A stretch of 64,000 nucleotides of DNA from Scyliorhinus canicula (taxonomy: Eukaryota): NCBI RefSeq assembly GCF_902713615.1, contig NW_024055454.1, positions 62,001 to 126,000 of the forward strand, read 5' to 3'. The position numbers were made by a program, and so were the translations under genes. This document shows, piece by piece, positions 39,879 to 51,594 of this stretch. Below the pieces are notes generated by a model. It worked only from the letters and a program-made list of their open reading frames with translations. It was not told where the DNA came from and ran no database searches. Within the stretch, counting starts at the first letter, position 1; every line of letters starts with the position of its first letter.

Positions 39879-40428
39879 AAGGACGTCAAAGCATCATTGA
39901 TATGCCGGTAACCCGCAGTTCGCTGAATGGAGCGACTGATCAGTGTTTTCTGTCCTTCACCCCTTAAATCTGAAATGTATGGAAATAATGGATAATGGAC
40001 TCGAAGGATTTTCATCCAAACTATCACGGTGAGAATTGATCTATATTGTGAGGTCGGGGCTCCGGACTGGAACTTGCACCCACAGCTTTCTGACTCAGGG
40101 GTTAAGAGTACCACCAACGAATCGATGCTGAAATACCTGTTCGCAGCTCCCATTACATTAGTCCAAAGGTAACACGCCTCATTTACTAAAAATCTAAAAT
40201 AGTGATACTGCTCGAAAGCTGCTGAAAAAACTCAACACGTCAGAAAGCGGATGGACAATCCAATTGGTTTTCGTACATTCACATTATATCCCTCTTGCAG
40301 GAAGGTATGGAGAGTGTTAAGGATTTTGGAGGCTGATTAATAACCTGCTTCAGTGGCACCAACACTCCTTCCATGGTCAACAGTCCTGGAGTGGAATTTG
40401 AACCCAGGTCAAACAGGTCAGAAACAGA

Positions 40429-40574
40429 CCCTAGTCTGACCTTTGACAAAGAGTCATTGGACTCGAAACGTTAGCTCTTTTCTCTCCCTACAGATGCTGC
40501 CAGACTTGCTGAGATTTTCCAGCATTTTCCCTTTCGTTTCAGATTCCAGCATCCGCAGTTATTTGCTTTTATTT
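40429..40574 (+). mobile_element. Short Penelope-related insertion with 14-bp TSD, carrying a hammerhead-like motif
   Basis: AGGTCAGAAACAGA at 40415-40428 and 40575-40588; TTGACAA-A-GAGTC attg GACTC-GAAA-CG-TT at 40443-40472. Confidence 0.8.
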
Positions 40575-41239
40575 AGGTCAGAAACAGAAGTGCGGCCGAA
40601 TGTGTTACTCTGGCGGGTCACATTTTCAGAGAGAAATAGTTAGTTTCAGGTGATGAACCTGGTGCTGATGTTCTGTCAGAGACATGAAACGTGAACTCTG
40701 TTTCTCTCCTCAGATTCTGCCTGACATGCAGAGGAATTCCAGCAATTTCGGGTTTTATCTGCCTGACACTAACTTCATCCAATCACATTGCAATGGTGCC
40801 TGACTCTGATGCAACGTTAAGAAAACCATTGGCTGTTATGTCAATGTTCTCTGTCTCTCACACAAACAAACCCGATACTCATTGTGTCAGCATCAGACTC
40901 GATCCAGAGATGTGTTCAGTCATGCACTGCAAGTTGTAACTATTAAAATTGCACCAGACCCTGTATTGTGCACGTTCATAGTCAGCAATGTCTTAACTAT
41001 TTTAATTGCGTCTCCTAAAATGAGAGTGGGCAAAAACGCTGCTTCGGTAATGTATGTACAAATAGCCCACCACCATTCAAGTTTTAATGCTCTAATTCTC
41101 TATTATTATTTCTGGAATCTGTATTCCTGTCACTTCGGAATTTGATCCTGATGCCTGCATTATCTTTGACCTATTCCACTTATTAATGTTCAAAATATTT
41201 CTACGATTGATCACACAAATACACGTGTTTTCTGGCGTG

Positions 41240-41780
41240 GTCCTTCAAGATGGAAGTGTTAGTTGGTTGGAAGACGCTGCCTCAGTAGCCGTGGTGAGTT
41301 TCTATAGGACATCTTGTATATGTTACATAATCTGACACTGTTCGTCGGTGGTTGAAGGATTTGACGTTTGTGGAAGTGACAGCAATGGAAGAGGCTGTTT
41401 TGACCTGTGTTCCTGGACTTGACTTGCTCTGGTAGAAACCATATTTATTGGGCTATTCGATTTCAGTTTCTAGTCAATGGTCACACGCAGGGTATTTGAT
41501 GCAGGGGGATTCCATTCAATGTCAAGTGGCGATGGTTTGATCCTCTCTTGGCCATTGCCTACACTTGTCATATATCAGTCAAACCTGAATGTAGTCCCGA
41601 TCTTGTTGCGTTGTTCATAAGTTGCTTCAATATGTGAGGGGTCGTGAATGGTGGTTTAATATTGTGCAATCAACAGAGAACATCCTCATTTCTGATTTTA
41701 TGAATAAAATAAGATAATTGATAAAGCAGCTAAAGATGGTTTGGCCCAGACCACTATGCTGAGGAATGTGGCAGGTTATT
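41240..41780 (-). mobile_element. Degenerate CR1/L2-superfamily LINE fragment
   Basis: Reverse-complement similarity to the 12770-13990 family (ggggattccattcaatgtcaag...ggccattgcct). Confidence 0.55.
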
Positions 41781-43118
41781 TTAAAGTAATAATTGAGACA
41801 GAGCCTCATGTAATACAAATAGGAACATGCTTAGGTTTAGTATCAGTGGATGCTGGGTCTCGTGAAGTAACAATTGGGCATGGACCATTTTCATATTAGC
41901 CGAGGTATTATTCAGTGCTAATGTAACTTCCTGAATGCTGGGCGTAATATAAGGAGGGCCTTGGTTCAACATATTAACAGCTGGGATTCAGCCGAGTATG
42001 GTCATAACTGGGCTCTGCAGTCATAAAATCAGAAACGTGACCGAGCCTAATAGGTAAAGTCGCCATAGTCCCAATGGACCACAGGTTACTTTCCTCTTTG
42101 AGGGCGAGAGATAGCTGGTGGGAATTAAACCTGAGGCCAGGGGCAAGGTTGGGAAGGCAAGTCCTTTAGGAATAACCTTAGCTAGTACGGGAATTCAACC
42201 CATGCTGTTGGACTGGTTTTGCATCACAAACCAGCTGTCTAACCAACTGAGCTAGCCTAATACGGTGTCTCGTTTAATTTGAACACAGACAGGGTCCATT
42301 GTCGTAATAATTGAGACAATCTCTGCTTCATGTAATGTCAGCAACCACGGTGTCACTGCCACCAACTGGTCAAACTATAGTATTGCAATTTCTGATTTAA
42401 AAAATAAATGTCATGGGGTGTGGGCCTCACTGGCTAGACCAACATTTGTTGACCATCTCTAACCCCAAGAACTGATTAGCTTACTGTGCCATTTATTTAT
42501 ATTTTAAAATTAATCTTTCAGCTATTGTAGGATTTGAACATATGGTGTCAGAAATTAGGCTGGGCATCTCAATTACTATCTCAGTGACATTACAGCTAAC
42601 CCACTGCCGCCCCTTTAAACATAATCAGAGGGTGTGTTCAATGCAGAAGAAGACCCTTCCACCAGGCATGCATGTGCTGGCCCAATAAAGGGGCGATTTA
42701 TCTAACACCACTCATTTATCTGTAAACTAGCATTGATTTTCTATTTGAGGTAACAATCCAATTACCCTTTGAAAGCATCAGTTGACCCTTCTTCCCCCCC
42801 CCCCCCCCCCCCCACCACCACACACAATCAAACAGTTCAGTACACATCCTAACCATTGGTTGGGTGAAAATGTTTCTCTCATGGCTCCAAGATTCCTTTC
42901 CCAATTACCTTCAATCTGTGCCCTCTGGAACTCGACCCTCCCACCAATGGAAACTGTTCCTCCATATCTACTCTGTCTAGAACCGTCATGATTAGCAATA
43001 CCTCTCTCAGATCACGTATTAACCTGCTCATCAAGGGCAGCAGTCGCTACTTCTCAAATCTATCTTCGTGAATAAAGTTGCTTATCTCTGGATCCGTTCT
43101 CGTAAATATTATTAGGCA

Positions 43119-43580
43119 GGGGGTGATTCACCTAGACAGCGCCAATGTTCACAGGCAACTTATTGAAAGCAGACACAAGTTGACAGAATCGGAGCTATTT
43201 TGAAAGTTTTACAGGAGGATTGAAACAGCTAGAGACATAGATAGATTAGGATCGATGAAGATAATCGATTAACCGAATACAATAGCAGATTGCTAAGTGT
43301 AAATCAGATGTATCGACAGTGCAATGGACAAACAGACAGAGGTATAGAGATGGCTAAAACAACCAATGTCATAAGATTCCGAAAAGCAAAAACACCAAAA
43401 GACGCATTGGCCACATTGCTCTGCAGTGCCTCCTTTCCAATGAAGCATTCTGATGGAGGGAGAAGAGTTCGATGGAATTCCTTCGAAACATGGAATCTCC
43501 GTCACTTTCAGCATCAAAACTACAGTGAACTTTCAATGGGTTGTCTGTGAACATTGGCGCGGTCTGGGTGAATCACCCCC
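43119..43580. mobile_element. Putative MITE with ~50-bp imperfect TIRs
   Basis: gggggtgattcacctagacagcgccaatgttcacaggcaacttattgaaag (43119-43169) versus ctttcaatgggttgtctgtgaacattggcgcggtctgggtgaatcaccccc (43530-43580); non-coding interior; no clear TSD. Confidence 0.65.
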
Positions 43581-43599
43581 ACCTTGATAATGAAACAAC

Positions 43600-46500
43600 G
43601 GGGAGGTGGGGGGAGGGGGACATCGCCATGGGGAGCGGGTCAGAAGGGGAGGGTCGACCCGGGGCGAGCAGGGAACAGGACATGGCTAATCGGCAGGGGA
43701 AGGGGGCGGGTCGTCCCGCGACCCGGCTGATCACTTGGAACGTGAGGGGGCTGAATGGGCCGGTCAAGAGATCAAGGGTATTCTCACACCTGAAGGGACT
43801 GAAGGCTGATGTAGCAATGTTACAGGAGACCCATTTGAAGGTAGTGGACCAGGTTCGCCTGAGAAGGGGGTGGGTGGGACAGGTGTTCCACTCTGGATTG
43901 GACGCAAAGAACCGGGGGGTGGCGATTCTGGTGGGAAAGAGGGTGTCGTTCGTGGCGGAGGAGGTGGTGGCGGATAAGGAGGGTAGGTATGTGATGGTGA
44001 AGGGTAAGCTGCAGGGGGAGAAAGTGGTGATGGTCAACGTATATGCCCCGAACTGGGATGACGCGGGTTTTATGAGGCGCCTATTGGGCCTCATTCCGGG
44101 ACTGGAGGCAGGGGGCTTGATCATGGGGGGGGACTTTAACACAGTGCTGGACCCCGGGCTAGACAGATCGAGCTCAAGGACCAATAGGAGGCCGGCAGCG
44201 GCAGAAGTGCTGAGGGGGTACATGGAGCAGATGGGAGGAGTAGACCCATGGAGGTTTGGTAGGCCGAGGGCGAGGGAGTATTCCTTTTTCTCCCACGTCC
44301 ATAGAGTGTACTCCAGAATCGATTTCTTCGTGTTGAGCAGGGGGCTGATCCCGAGGGTACGGGAAGCTGAGTACTCGGCCATCGCGATCTCTGATCATGC
44401 ACCACATTGGGTGGATGTGGAAATGGGGGAGGCGCGGGACCAGCACCCGCTGTGGCGGCTGGATGTGGGGCTGTTAGCGGACGACGAGGTGTGTAAAAGG
44501 GTCCGGAAGAGCATTGAGAGCTATCTGGACTTGAATGACACGGGTGAGGTGCAGGTGGGGATGGTCTGGGAGGCCCTGAAGGCAGTGATCAGGGGAGAGC
44601 TGATCTCCATAAGGGCGCACAGAGAAAGAAAGGAGAGGCAGGAGAGGGAGAGGCTGGTGGGGGAGCTATTGGAAGTGGATAGGAGATATGAGGAGGCACC
44701 AGAGGAGGGGCTGCTGGGAGAACGGCGCAGCCTGCAGGTCAAGTTCGACCTGCTGACCACCAGGAAGGCAGAGACGCAGTGGAGAAGGGCACAGGGCGCG
44801 GTCTATGAGTATGGGGAAAAGGCGAGCAGGATGCTGGCACACCAGCTTCGCAAACGAGATGCGGCTAGGGAGATTGGGGGAGTGAAGGAGAGGGGCGGGA
44901 AGGTAGTGCAGGAGGGGCAAGAAGTGAATGGGGTCTTCAGGGATTTTTACAAGGAGTTGTATCGGTCTGAGCCGCCGACGAGGAGAGGGGGAATGGAGGA
45001 CTTCCTAAACAAATTGAGGTTCCCAAGGGTCCAGGAGGGGCTGGTAGAAGGGCTGGGGGCGCCAATAGGGCTAGAGGAGCTAGTCAAGGGAATAGGTCAG
45101 ATGCAAGTGGGGAAGGCGCCGGGGCCAGATGGGTTCCCGGTGGAATTCTACAAGAAAAATGTGGACTTGGTGGGACCGGTACTGGTACGAGCCTTTAATG
45201 AGGCGCGAGAGGGGGGGGGTTCTGCCCCCGACAATGTCGCAGGCTCTGATCTCCCTGATATTGAAGCGGGATAAAGACCCCGTGCAGTGCGGGTCCTACA
45301 GGCCTATCTCGCTTCTGAACGTGGATGCCAAGTTGCTGGCAAAGATCCTGGCAGCTAGAATAGAGGATTGTGTGCCAGGGGTAATCCATGAGGACCAGAC
45401 AGGGTTCGTGAAGGGGCGGCAGCTCAACACGAACGTGCGGAGATTGCTGAATGTAATTATGATGCCGGCAGTGGAGGGGGAGGCTGAGATAGTGGTAGCG
45501 CTGGACGCGGAGAAGGCATTCGATAGGGTGGAGTGGGAGTACCTGTGGGAGACGTTGGAACGGTTTGGGTTTGGGGAAGGGTTTATTAAGTGGGTGAAGT
45601 TGCTCTACTCGGCCCCGACGGCGAGTGTAGTGACAAACGGGAGGAGGTCGGAGTATTTCGGGCTCCACCGAGGGACCAGGCAGGGATGTCCCCTATCCCC
45701 CCTACTTTTCGCACTGGCGATTGAACCGTTGGCGATGGCACTGAGGGGTTCAGGGGGGTGGAGAGGACTGACTAGGGGAGGGGAGGAACATCGAGTATCG
45801 CTGTATGCGGATGATCTACTGCTGTACGTGGCAGACCCAGAAGGGGGAATGCCGGAGATAATGGAACTATTAGCAGAGTTTGGGGACTTTTCGGGGTACA
45901 AACTAAATTTGGGCAAAAGCGAGGTTTTTGTGATACACCCGGGGGATCAGGGAGAGGGTATTGGGAGACTCCCCTTCAAGCGAGCAGGAAAGAGCTTTAG
46001 GTACTTAGGGGTGCAGGTGGCAAGGAACTGGGGGACCCTCCACAAGTTGAACTTTTCCAGGCTGGTGGAACAGATGGAGGAGGAATTTAAGAGGTGGGAC
46101 ATGGTACCGTTGTCGCTGGCGGGGAGGGTGCAGTCAATCAAAATGACGGTCCTCCCAAGGTTCTTGTTTTTATTTCAGTGCTTGCCCATCTTCCTCCCTA
46201 GGGCCTTCTTCAAAAAGGTGACGAGTAGCATCATGAGCTACGTGTGGGCGCATGGCACCCCAAGGGTGAGAAGGGTCTTTTTGGAGCGGAGTAGGGACAG
46301 TGGAGAGCTGGCACTACCCAATCTCTCGGGGTATTACTGGGCGGCAAATGTGTCAATGGTGCGCAAGTGGATGATGGAAGGGGAGGGGGCAGCTTGGAAA
46401 CGAATGGAGAGGGCGTCCTGTGGCAACACAAGCCTGGGGGCCCTAGTAACGGCACCATGGCCGCTCCCCCCCACGAGGTACACCACGAGCACGGTGGTGG

Positions 46501-47838
46501 CGGCCACCCTCAAGATATGGGGGCAGTGGAGGCGACACAGGGGTGAAATGGGAGGTCTGTTGGCGGCGCCAATAAGAGGGAACCATAGATTCATCCCGGG
46601 GAACATCGACGGGGGATTTCAGAGCTGGTACAGGGTGGGCATACGGCAGCTGAAGGACTTGTTTATAGAGGGGAGGTTTGCGAGCCTGGGAGGGCTGGAG
46701 GAGAAGTTTGAGCTCCCCCCGGGAAACATGTTCAGATATTTACAAGTGAAGGCATTTGCTAGGCGGCAGGTGGAGGGGTTCCCCCTGCTCCCCAGTAAGG
46801 GGGCGAGTGATAGGGTGCTCTCGGGGGTCTGGGTCGGAGGGGGGAAGATATCAGACATCTACAAGATAATGCAGGAGGCGGAAGAAGCATCAGGGGAGGA
46901 GCTGAAAGCCAAGTGGGAAGTTGGAGCTGGGAGAGCAGATAGAAGACGGGACGTGGGCGGATGCACTGGAGAAGGTCAATTCTTCCTCCTCGTGTGCGAG
47001 GCTGAGCCTCATTCAATTTAAGGTGCTGCATAGAGCTCACATGACGGGGACAAGGATGAGCCGGTTCTTTGGGGGTGAGGACAGGTGTGTCAGATGTCTG
47101 GGAGGCCCAGCGAACCATGTGCATATGTTCTGGGCATGTCCGGTGCTGGAAGGGTTCTGGAAGGGGGTGGCAAGGGCGGTGTCGAAGGTGGTGGGGTCCA
47201 GGGTCAAACCAGGATGGGGGCTTGCGATCTTTGGGGTTGGGGTAGAACCGGGGGTACAGGAGGCCAGGGAGGCCGGAATACTGGCCTTTGCGTCCCTAGT
47301 GGCTCGACGAAGGATATTAATTCAATGGAAGGACGCGAGGCCTCCAAGCGTTGAAACTTGGATTAACGATATGGCTAGCTATATTCAGCTAGAAAGGATC
47401 AAATTTGCCCTGAGAGGGTCGGTACAGGGATTCTCCAGGCGGTGGCAACCTTTCCTTGACTTTTTAGATCAGAGATAGGCGTACGGGGTCGTGGCAGCAG
47501 CAACCGGGGGGGGGGGGGAGGGGGGGGGGGGGAGGGGAGAGGGGGGAGGGGAGGGGGGGAGGGGAGGGGAAGGGGGGGCAGCAATGGTCGTGGGGGGACA
47601 TGCACGACTGTAACGCGGGCAAGTCTGCTCGCTGCTCATGTCTGAAACTGTAGGCTGCCTTGTTTGTTAAGTTGTTGCTTGGGGGGCGGGGGGGGGGGGG
47701 GGAGGACTGGTGCGCGCGAGAGGGCGGGCGAGGGAGGGATATTTGCCTAGAGGGATTGTGTTGTAAATAATTTAAAAATTAGTAGGGGTAAATGTCTGTA
47801 TGGAAAAACTCTTTCAATAAAAATTATTTAAAAAAAAA
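43600..47838 (+). mobile_element. 5'-truncated young L1-clade LINE; ORF2 (APE endonuclease + RT) 43682-47478 with two +1 frameshifts
   Basis: ITWNVRGLN, LQETH, GGDFN, SRID, SDH, YRPISLLNVDAK, RQGCPLSP, YADD motifs; G-rich 3' UTR, AATAAA and poly(A); perfect 14-bp TSD GATAATGAAACAAC (43586-43599, 47839-47852). Confidence 0.97.
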
Positions 47839-48186
47839 GATAATGAAACAACATTGCGTTTAATGCCCGCCATATTCTTATTCCCCGAGACATGAGTCGT
47901 TGTTCAGTTGTTAATTTCCTTAAAAACAGGTGTTGATGGATTTGTGAATATTAAGGTAATCAGGAATTTTGGATAGCTCAGGAAGTTAAATGTCAGGTCA
48001 AACAATCAGGATCTTATTGAATGGTGGAGCAGGTTAGAAAGACCAAATGGCCCACACGAAATCCTATTTCTTGTCATCTTCTGTTCTTCTGTCCAATTAG
48101 CTGTTGTGGGAACAGTTTCAAGTGGTTCGATATTCATTGCTCTGACGTCGTGGATTGGCGGAAAGCAAATGAACGTTAATCTAATT

Positions 48187-48505
48187 GGGCATATGGTGGC
48201 ATAGTGGTTAGCACTGCTGCCTGACATCGCCAGGGACTCAGGTTCGATTCCGACCTCGGGTATCTGTCCGTGTGGAGATTGTCCATTCTCCCCGTGTTTG
48301 CGTGGGTTTCCCGCGGGTGCTCTGCTTTTCTCCCACAGTGCAAAGATGTGCAGGTTAGCTGGTTTAACCATGCTAAGGGACCATGCCCCTTCGGGTGGAG
48401 TTTCAGGGAAATTGGCCCCAGATAGGATGGTCTTTCGAAAGGACGGAGCAGACTGTATGGGCCGAATGGCCTCCTTCTGTACTGTCGGGATTCTGTGATT
48501 CTATT
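48187..48505 (+). mobile_element. HE1-type SINE
   Basis: ggtggcatagtggttagcactgctgcct...ggttcgattcc head. Confidence 0.8.
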
Positions 48506-48522
48506 CCTTGCAGGACAAAAGA

Positions 48523-48850
48523 ACAGCACGGTAGCATGGTGGTTAGCATAAATGCTTCACAGCTCCAGTGTCCCAGGTTCGATTCCTGGCTGGGTCACTG
48601 TCTGTGCGGCGTCTGCACGTCCTCCCCGTGTGCGCGTGGGTTTCCTCCGGGTGCTCCGGTTTCCTCCCACAGTCCAAAGATGTGCGGGTTAGGTGGATTG
48701 GCCATGCTAAATTGCCCGTAGTGTCCTAAAAAGTAAGTTGTTGGGTTACGGGTATAGGGTGGATACGTGGGTTTGAGTAGGGTGATCATTACTCGGCACA
48801 ACATCGAGGGCCGAAGGGCCTGTTCTGTGCTGTACTGTTCTATGTTCTAT
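48523..48850 (+). mobile_element. HE1-type SINE
   Basis: acagcacggtagcatggtggttagc...ggttcgattcc head; (tgttcta)n tail. Confidence 0.88.
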
Positions 48851-48923
48851 CTAACTGTGAGCTGATTGGGTGTCACCTGTTGACTGTCAGGAATGAACCA
48901 ATCGGCACAGAGACCGGAGCGTC

Positions 48924-48931
48924 TGACGTAA
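48924..48931 (+). promoter_or_regulatory. CRE-like motif (TGACGTAA) with upstream CCAAT in the V promoter
   Basis: 60 bp upstream of the leader ATG at 48984; CCAAT at ~48898. Confidence 0.45.
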
Positions 48932-48983
48932 AATAATTCAGGGCTAACTCGCTCTGTTCAAATCCACCATCAGTTCTGTGGAC

Positions 48984-49498
48984 ATGTTGGGAGTTACTTT
49001 TTACTCATTCCTCTCAATTGCGGCTCTCTTAGCCTGTAATAGCCCAAGTTACACAACTTTCACGTTATACTGACATAGTAATCTTCCCTTTAACTGTTTA
49101 TTCACTATATTTACAAAACATGCCGGTTCCTTGATAACATTAATATAACAGAATGATTTTTTTAAATCTCTTTGTTTCTAAATTTCTGCAGGTGTTAGTG
49201 GTGTAGATTCAATCTCACGGGAACCGGTTACACTGACACCGTTTGAAGGAGATTCGGTGACAGTTAACTACAACTATCCGACCATTGCTGCTTCATATTC
49301 CTTACAGCTGTACCGCCTGGATCGGGAGAAAGCCCCCATCTTCTTGATGCACATTCCTAATTCCGGAGCAGTTTCCAGAGCAGTGGGTGCGGGGTATCGA
49401 TTTTCTGCATCTCTGGATATTTCGAAAAGTGAGGGGAAATTCACCATCCGGGAGCTGCGGCTGTCTGACAGCGCGGTGTATTACTGCGGACGTAAAGA
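48984..49498 (+). CDS. TRAV/TRDV: TCR alpha/delta-type V gene, open frame but non-canonical (leader 48984-49035, V exon 49192-49498); first Cys is Tyr and core Trp is Leu
   Basis: Leader MLGVTFYSFLSIAALLA with phase-1 GT; exon ...FEGDSVTVNYNY...LQLYR...LSDSAVYYCGRK; 23-RSS CACAGTG(49499-49505)-23-ACAGAACCA(49529-49537). Confidence 0.88.
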
Positions 49499-49724
49499 CA
49501 CAGTGACAGCAACCAGAGGGAGCCTCGTACAGAACCAACTCTGTGGTGAAACAGAGGGAATTGCGGGCAGGAGAGAGTGTGTGTGGGAGGGGGGGGGGGG
49601 GGGGGGCGAGTGGGGGGGGGGGGGGGCGCGGTTGGGACATGGACTTTCCAAAATTCGCAGCAGATTCCTCTGTCTTCAAATAAATCCAAAAGGTTAACAA
49701 GCCGAGAGGAACAGGTACAACTTT

Positions 49725-50028
49725 GAACATACAGTGCAGAAGGAGGCCATTCAGCCCATCGCGTCTGCCCTCACCTATACCCTATCCCCGTAACCCAATA
49801 ACTCCTCCTCATCTTTCTGGACACTAAGGGCAATTTAGCATGGCCAATCCACCTCACCTGCCTGCACGTCTTTGGGCCGTGGGAGGAAACCAGAGCATTT
49901 GGAAGAAGGCCACGCTGACACGGGGAGAAAGTGCAGACTCCGTACAGACAGCGACCCAGCGGGGAATCTAACCTGGGACTCTGGAGCTGTGAAGCCACAG
50001 TGCTAACCACTTGTGCTACCGTGCTGCC
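49725..50028 (-). mobile_element. HE1-type SINE
   Basis: Minus strand ggcagcacggtagcacaagtggttagcactgtggcttcacagctcc head. Confidence 0.88.
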
Positions 50029-50954
50029 GTTTGGGAAAGGTTTCCTTTGTTCATTTTACATTGAATATATTTTGAGCATAATGTAAAGATGTGCTTGGAG
50101 AATCTATGCCACTTTGTAAATTGAAGATATTACGAAATAAATGCTGAGCTAAAGATGTGATATTGCCTTCCAGCCGTTAAAACAGGTGAACATAACAGGT
50201 AACATAGCAGGTATATAACACTGGGAAGTATAGAAACGCAGAACAAGCTTTGTACGTGCATAAAGATGTATGCGATGTGTTTGGATTTCCCAAACGCGTC
50301 TTGTGATTATAGCAAACTAGCTGGTGCTCTTTTCAATGAGGCGTTTGTATTCAGCTGATTTTCCTGTGCCTGAAACACACCTAGCCTGTCTTTAGAGGCC
50401 ACTTGCTTATTAATCATTGTTCATCAGATTCAAATCATGACCTGAAAATAATCTGTTTGTGTTTGTTTATGATAAGAATTCTTAGTTGTATTATGCGGAA
50501 GGAATTTAACATTGTGAGCTTTATAATCAGGGTACTGTAGTTAATAGAATGTTCCTCAGCTGGCGGACTTCAGTTTACACTATTGACGATATGTCAAAGC
50601 CAATATTATTTGTTCCTTGTCAAGAGCTCTTTCTGAAACATCGAATCAGGAACATACCAAGTTCCAGACCGTCTGCAGCGTTTTGTATTCTCAATTTTCG
50701 TGGCGGGTTCCTAGAGATGCCCAAACAAACTGCCTCAAATTCCTGCCTCGCACAATGGATGGAATAATCAGATGGAATCGGTCATTGATATGAACTATGT
50801 TAGATGGCGTTTATGTGTATTGTGTTCGGAGTCTGTGCTCACACTGAGTCAGTATCTGAGCCGTTGTTATAAACAACCTTCAACAGACAGCAGCTGTGAC
50901 CCAGAAACCTGCGGCAGTTTTTATTCGAGATTTTCCCTCGTTCCCATCACTGTG

Positions 50955-51594
50955 AGATTCTGTGCACAGTAATAGACCGCGGTGTCAGACAGCCGCATCT
51001 CCAAGATGGTCAATCGGTACAACTTGTCTGCCTGCTGGACTGCATCAGAAAACCGGTCCTGAGCGAAATCCGCCGTCAATACAGCACCGCGGCCCGTGTG
51101 CCTTGGATTCATGTCACATTACACTCACCCCCATGATCTGGCCTGGGTTTGCGAAACCCTCCCAACTGTCCTGGCCTGAGACAATTCACATCTCTTTAAC
51201 CTGTGATTACCCCTCTCTCCAGTCGCACCGTCTGGACCTGTAAAGGCGTAATTACAGGCAAAGACTGGCATTCAAAGTATTGTCTTGCATCGCTGACTTT
51301 GTCTGTATATATACTTCTTGAACATACCTCTTCATTCACCTGATGAAGGAGCAGTGCTCCGAAAGCTAGTGATTTGAATCAAACCTGTTGGACGTTAACC
51401 TGGTGATGTAAGACTTCTTACTGTGTGCCTCCGGACCGCAAACTCGGGCAGTCTGTCTGGGTATTGACGGTCCCAGAATAAATAATAAGCATCCTCGGTA
51501 TAGGTACAGGTTGAAGTGACATCTCCTCTCTCTGTCTGTGTGAGTGAGGATTCTCTCCGAGTCACAGAATCTCCATCGGTCAGACATTGAGCAC
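50955..51594 (-). pseudogene. TRAV/TRDV: Inverted TCR V pseudogene split by a 319-bp insertion; splice acceptor appears mutated AG>AC
   Basis: Removing 51104-51422 plus one TSD copy restores DGDSVTRRESSLTQTERGDVTSTCTYTEDAYYLFWDRQYPDRLPEFAVRRHTGRGAVLTADFAQDRFSDAVQQADKLYRLTILEMRLSDTAVYYCAQN; intact 23-RSS CACAGTG(50954-50948)-23-ATAAAAACT(50924-50916). Confidence 0.9.
51104..51422 (+). mobile_element. Penelope-like pseudo-LTR inside the V exon, 8-bp TSD, with hammerhead motif
   Basis: GTGTGCCT at 51096-51103 and 51423-51430; homologous to 33780-34057; CTGATGA(51340-51346)-A-GGAGC agt GCTCC-GAAA(51361-51364)-GC-TA. Confidence 0.88.

Noticed and set aside
43573-46858. Antisense ORFs within the L1
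   Set aside because: Shadow ORFs of the GC-rich ORF2.
51104-51422. Idea that the Penelope insert is spliced out of the inverted V as a new intron
   Set aside because: A donor-like GTAAGA exists, but the only nearby AG lacks a polypyrimidine tract and the join would be out of frame.
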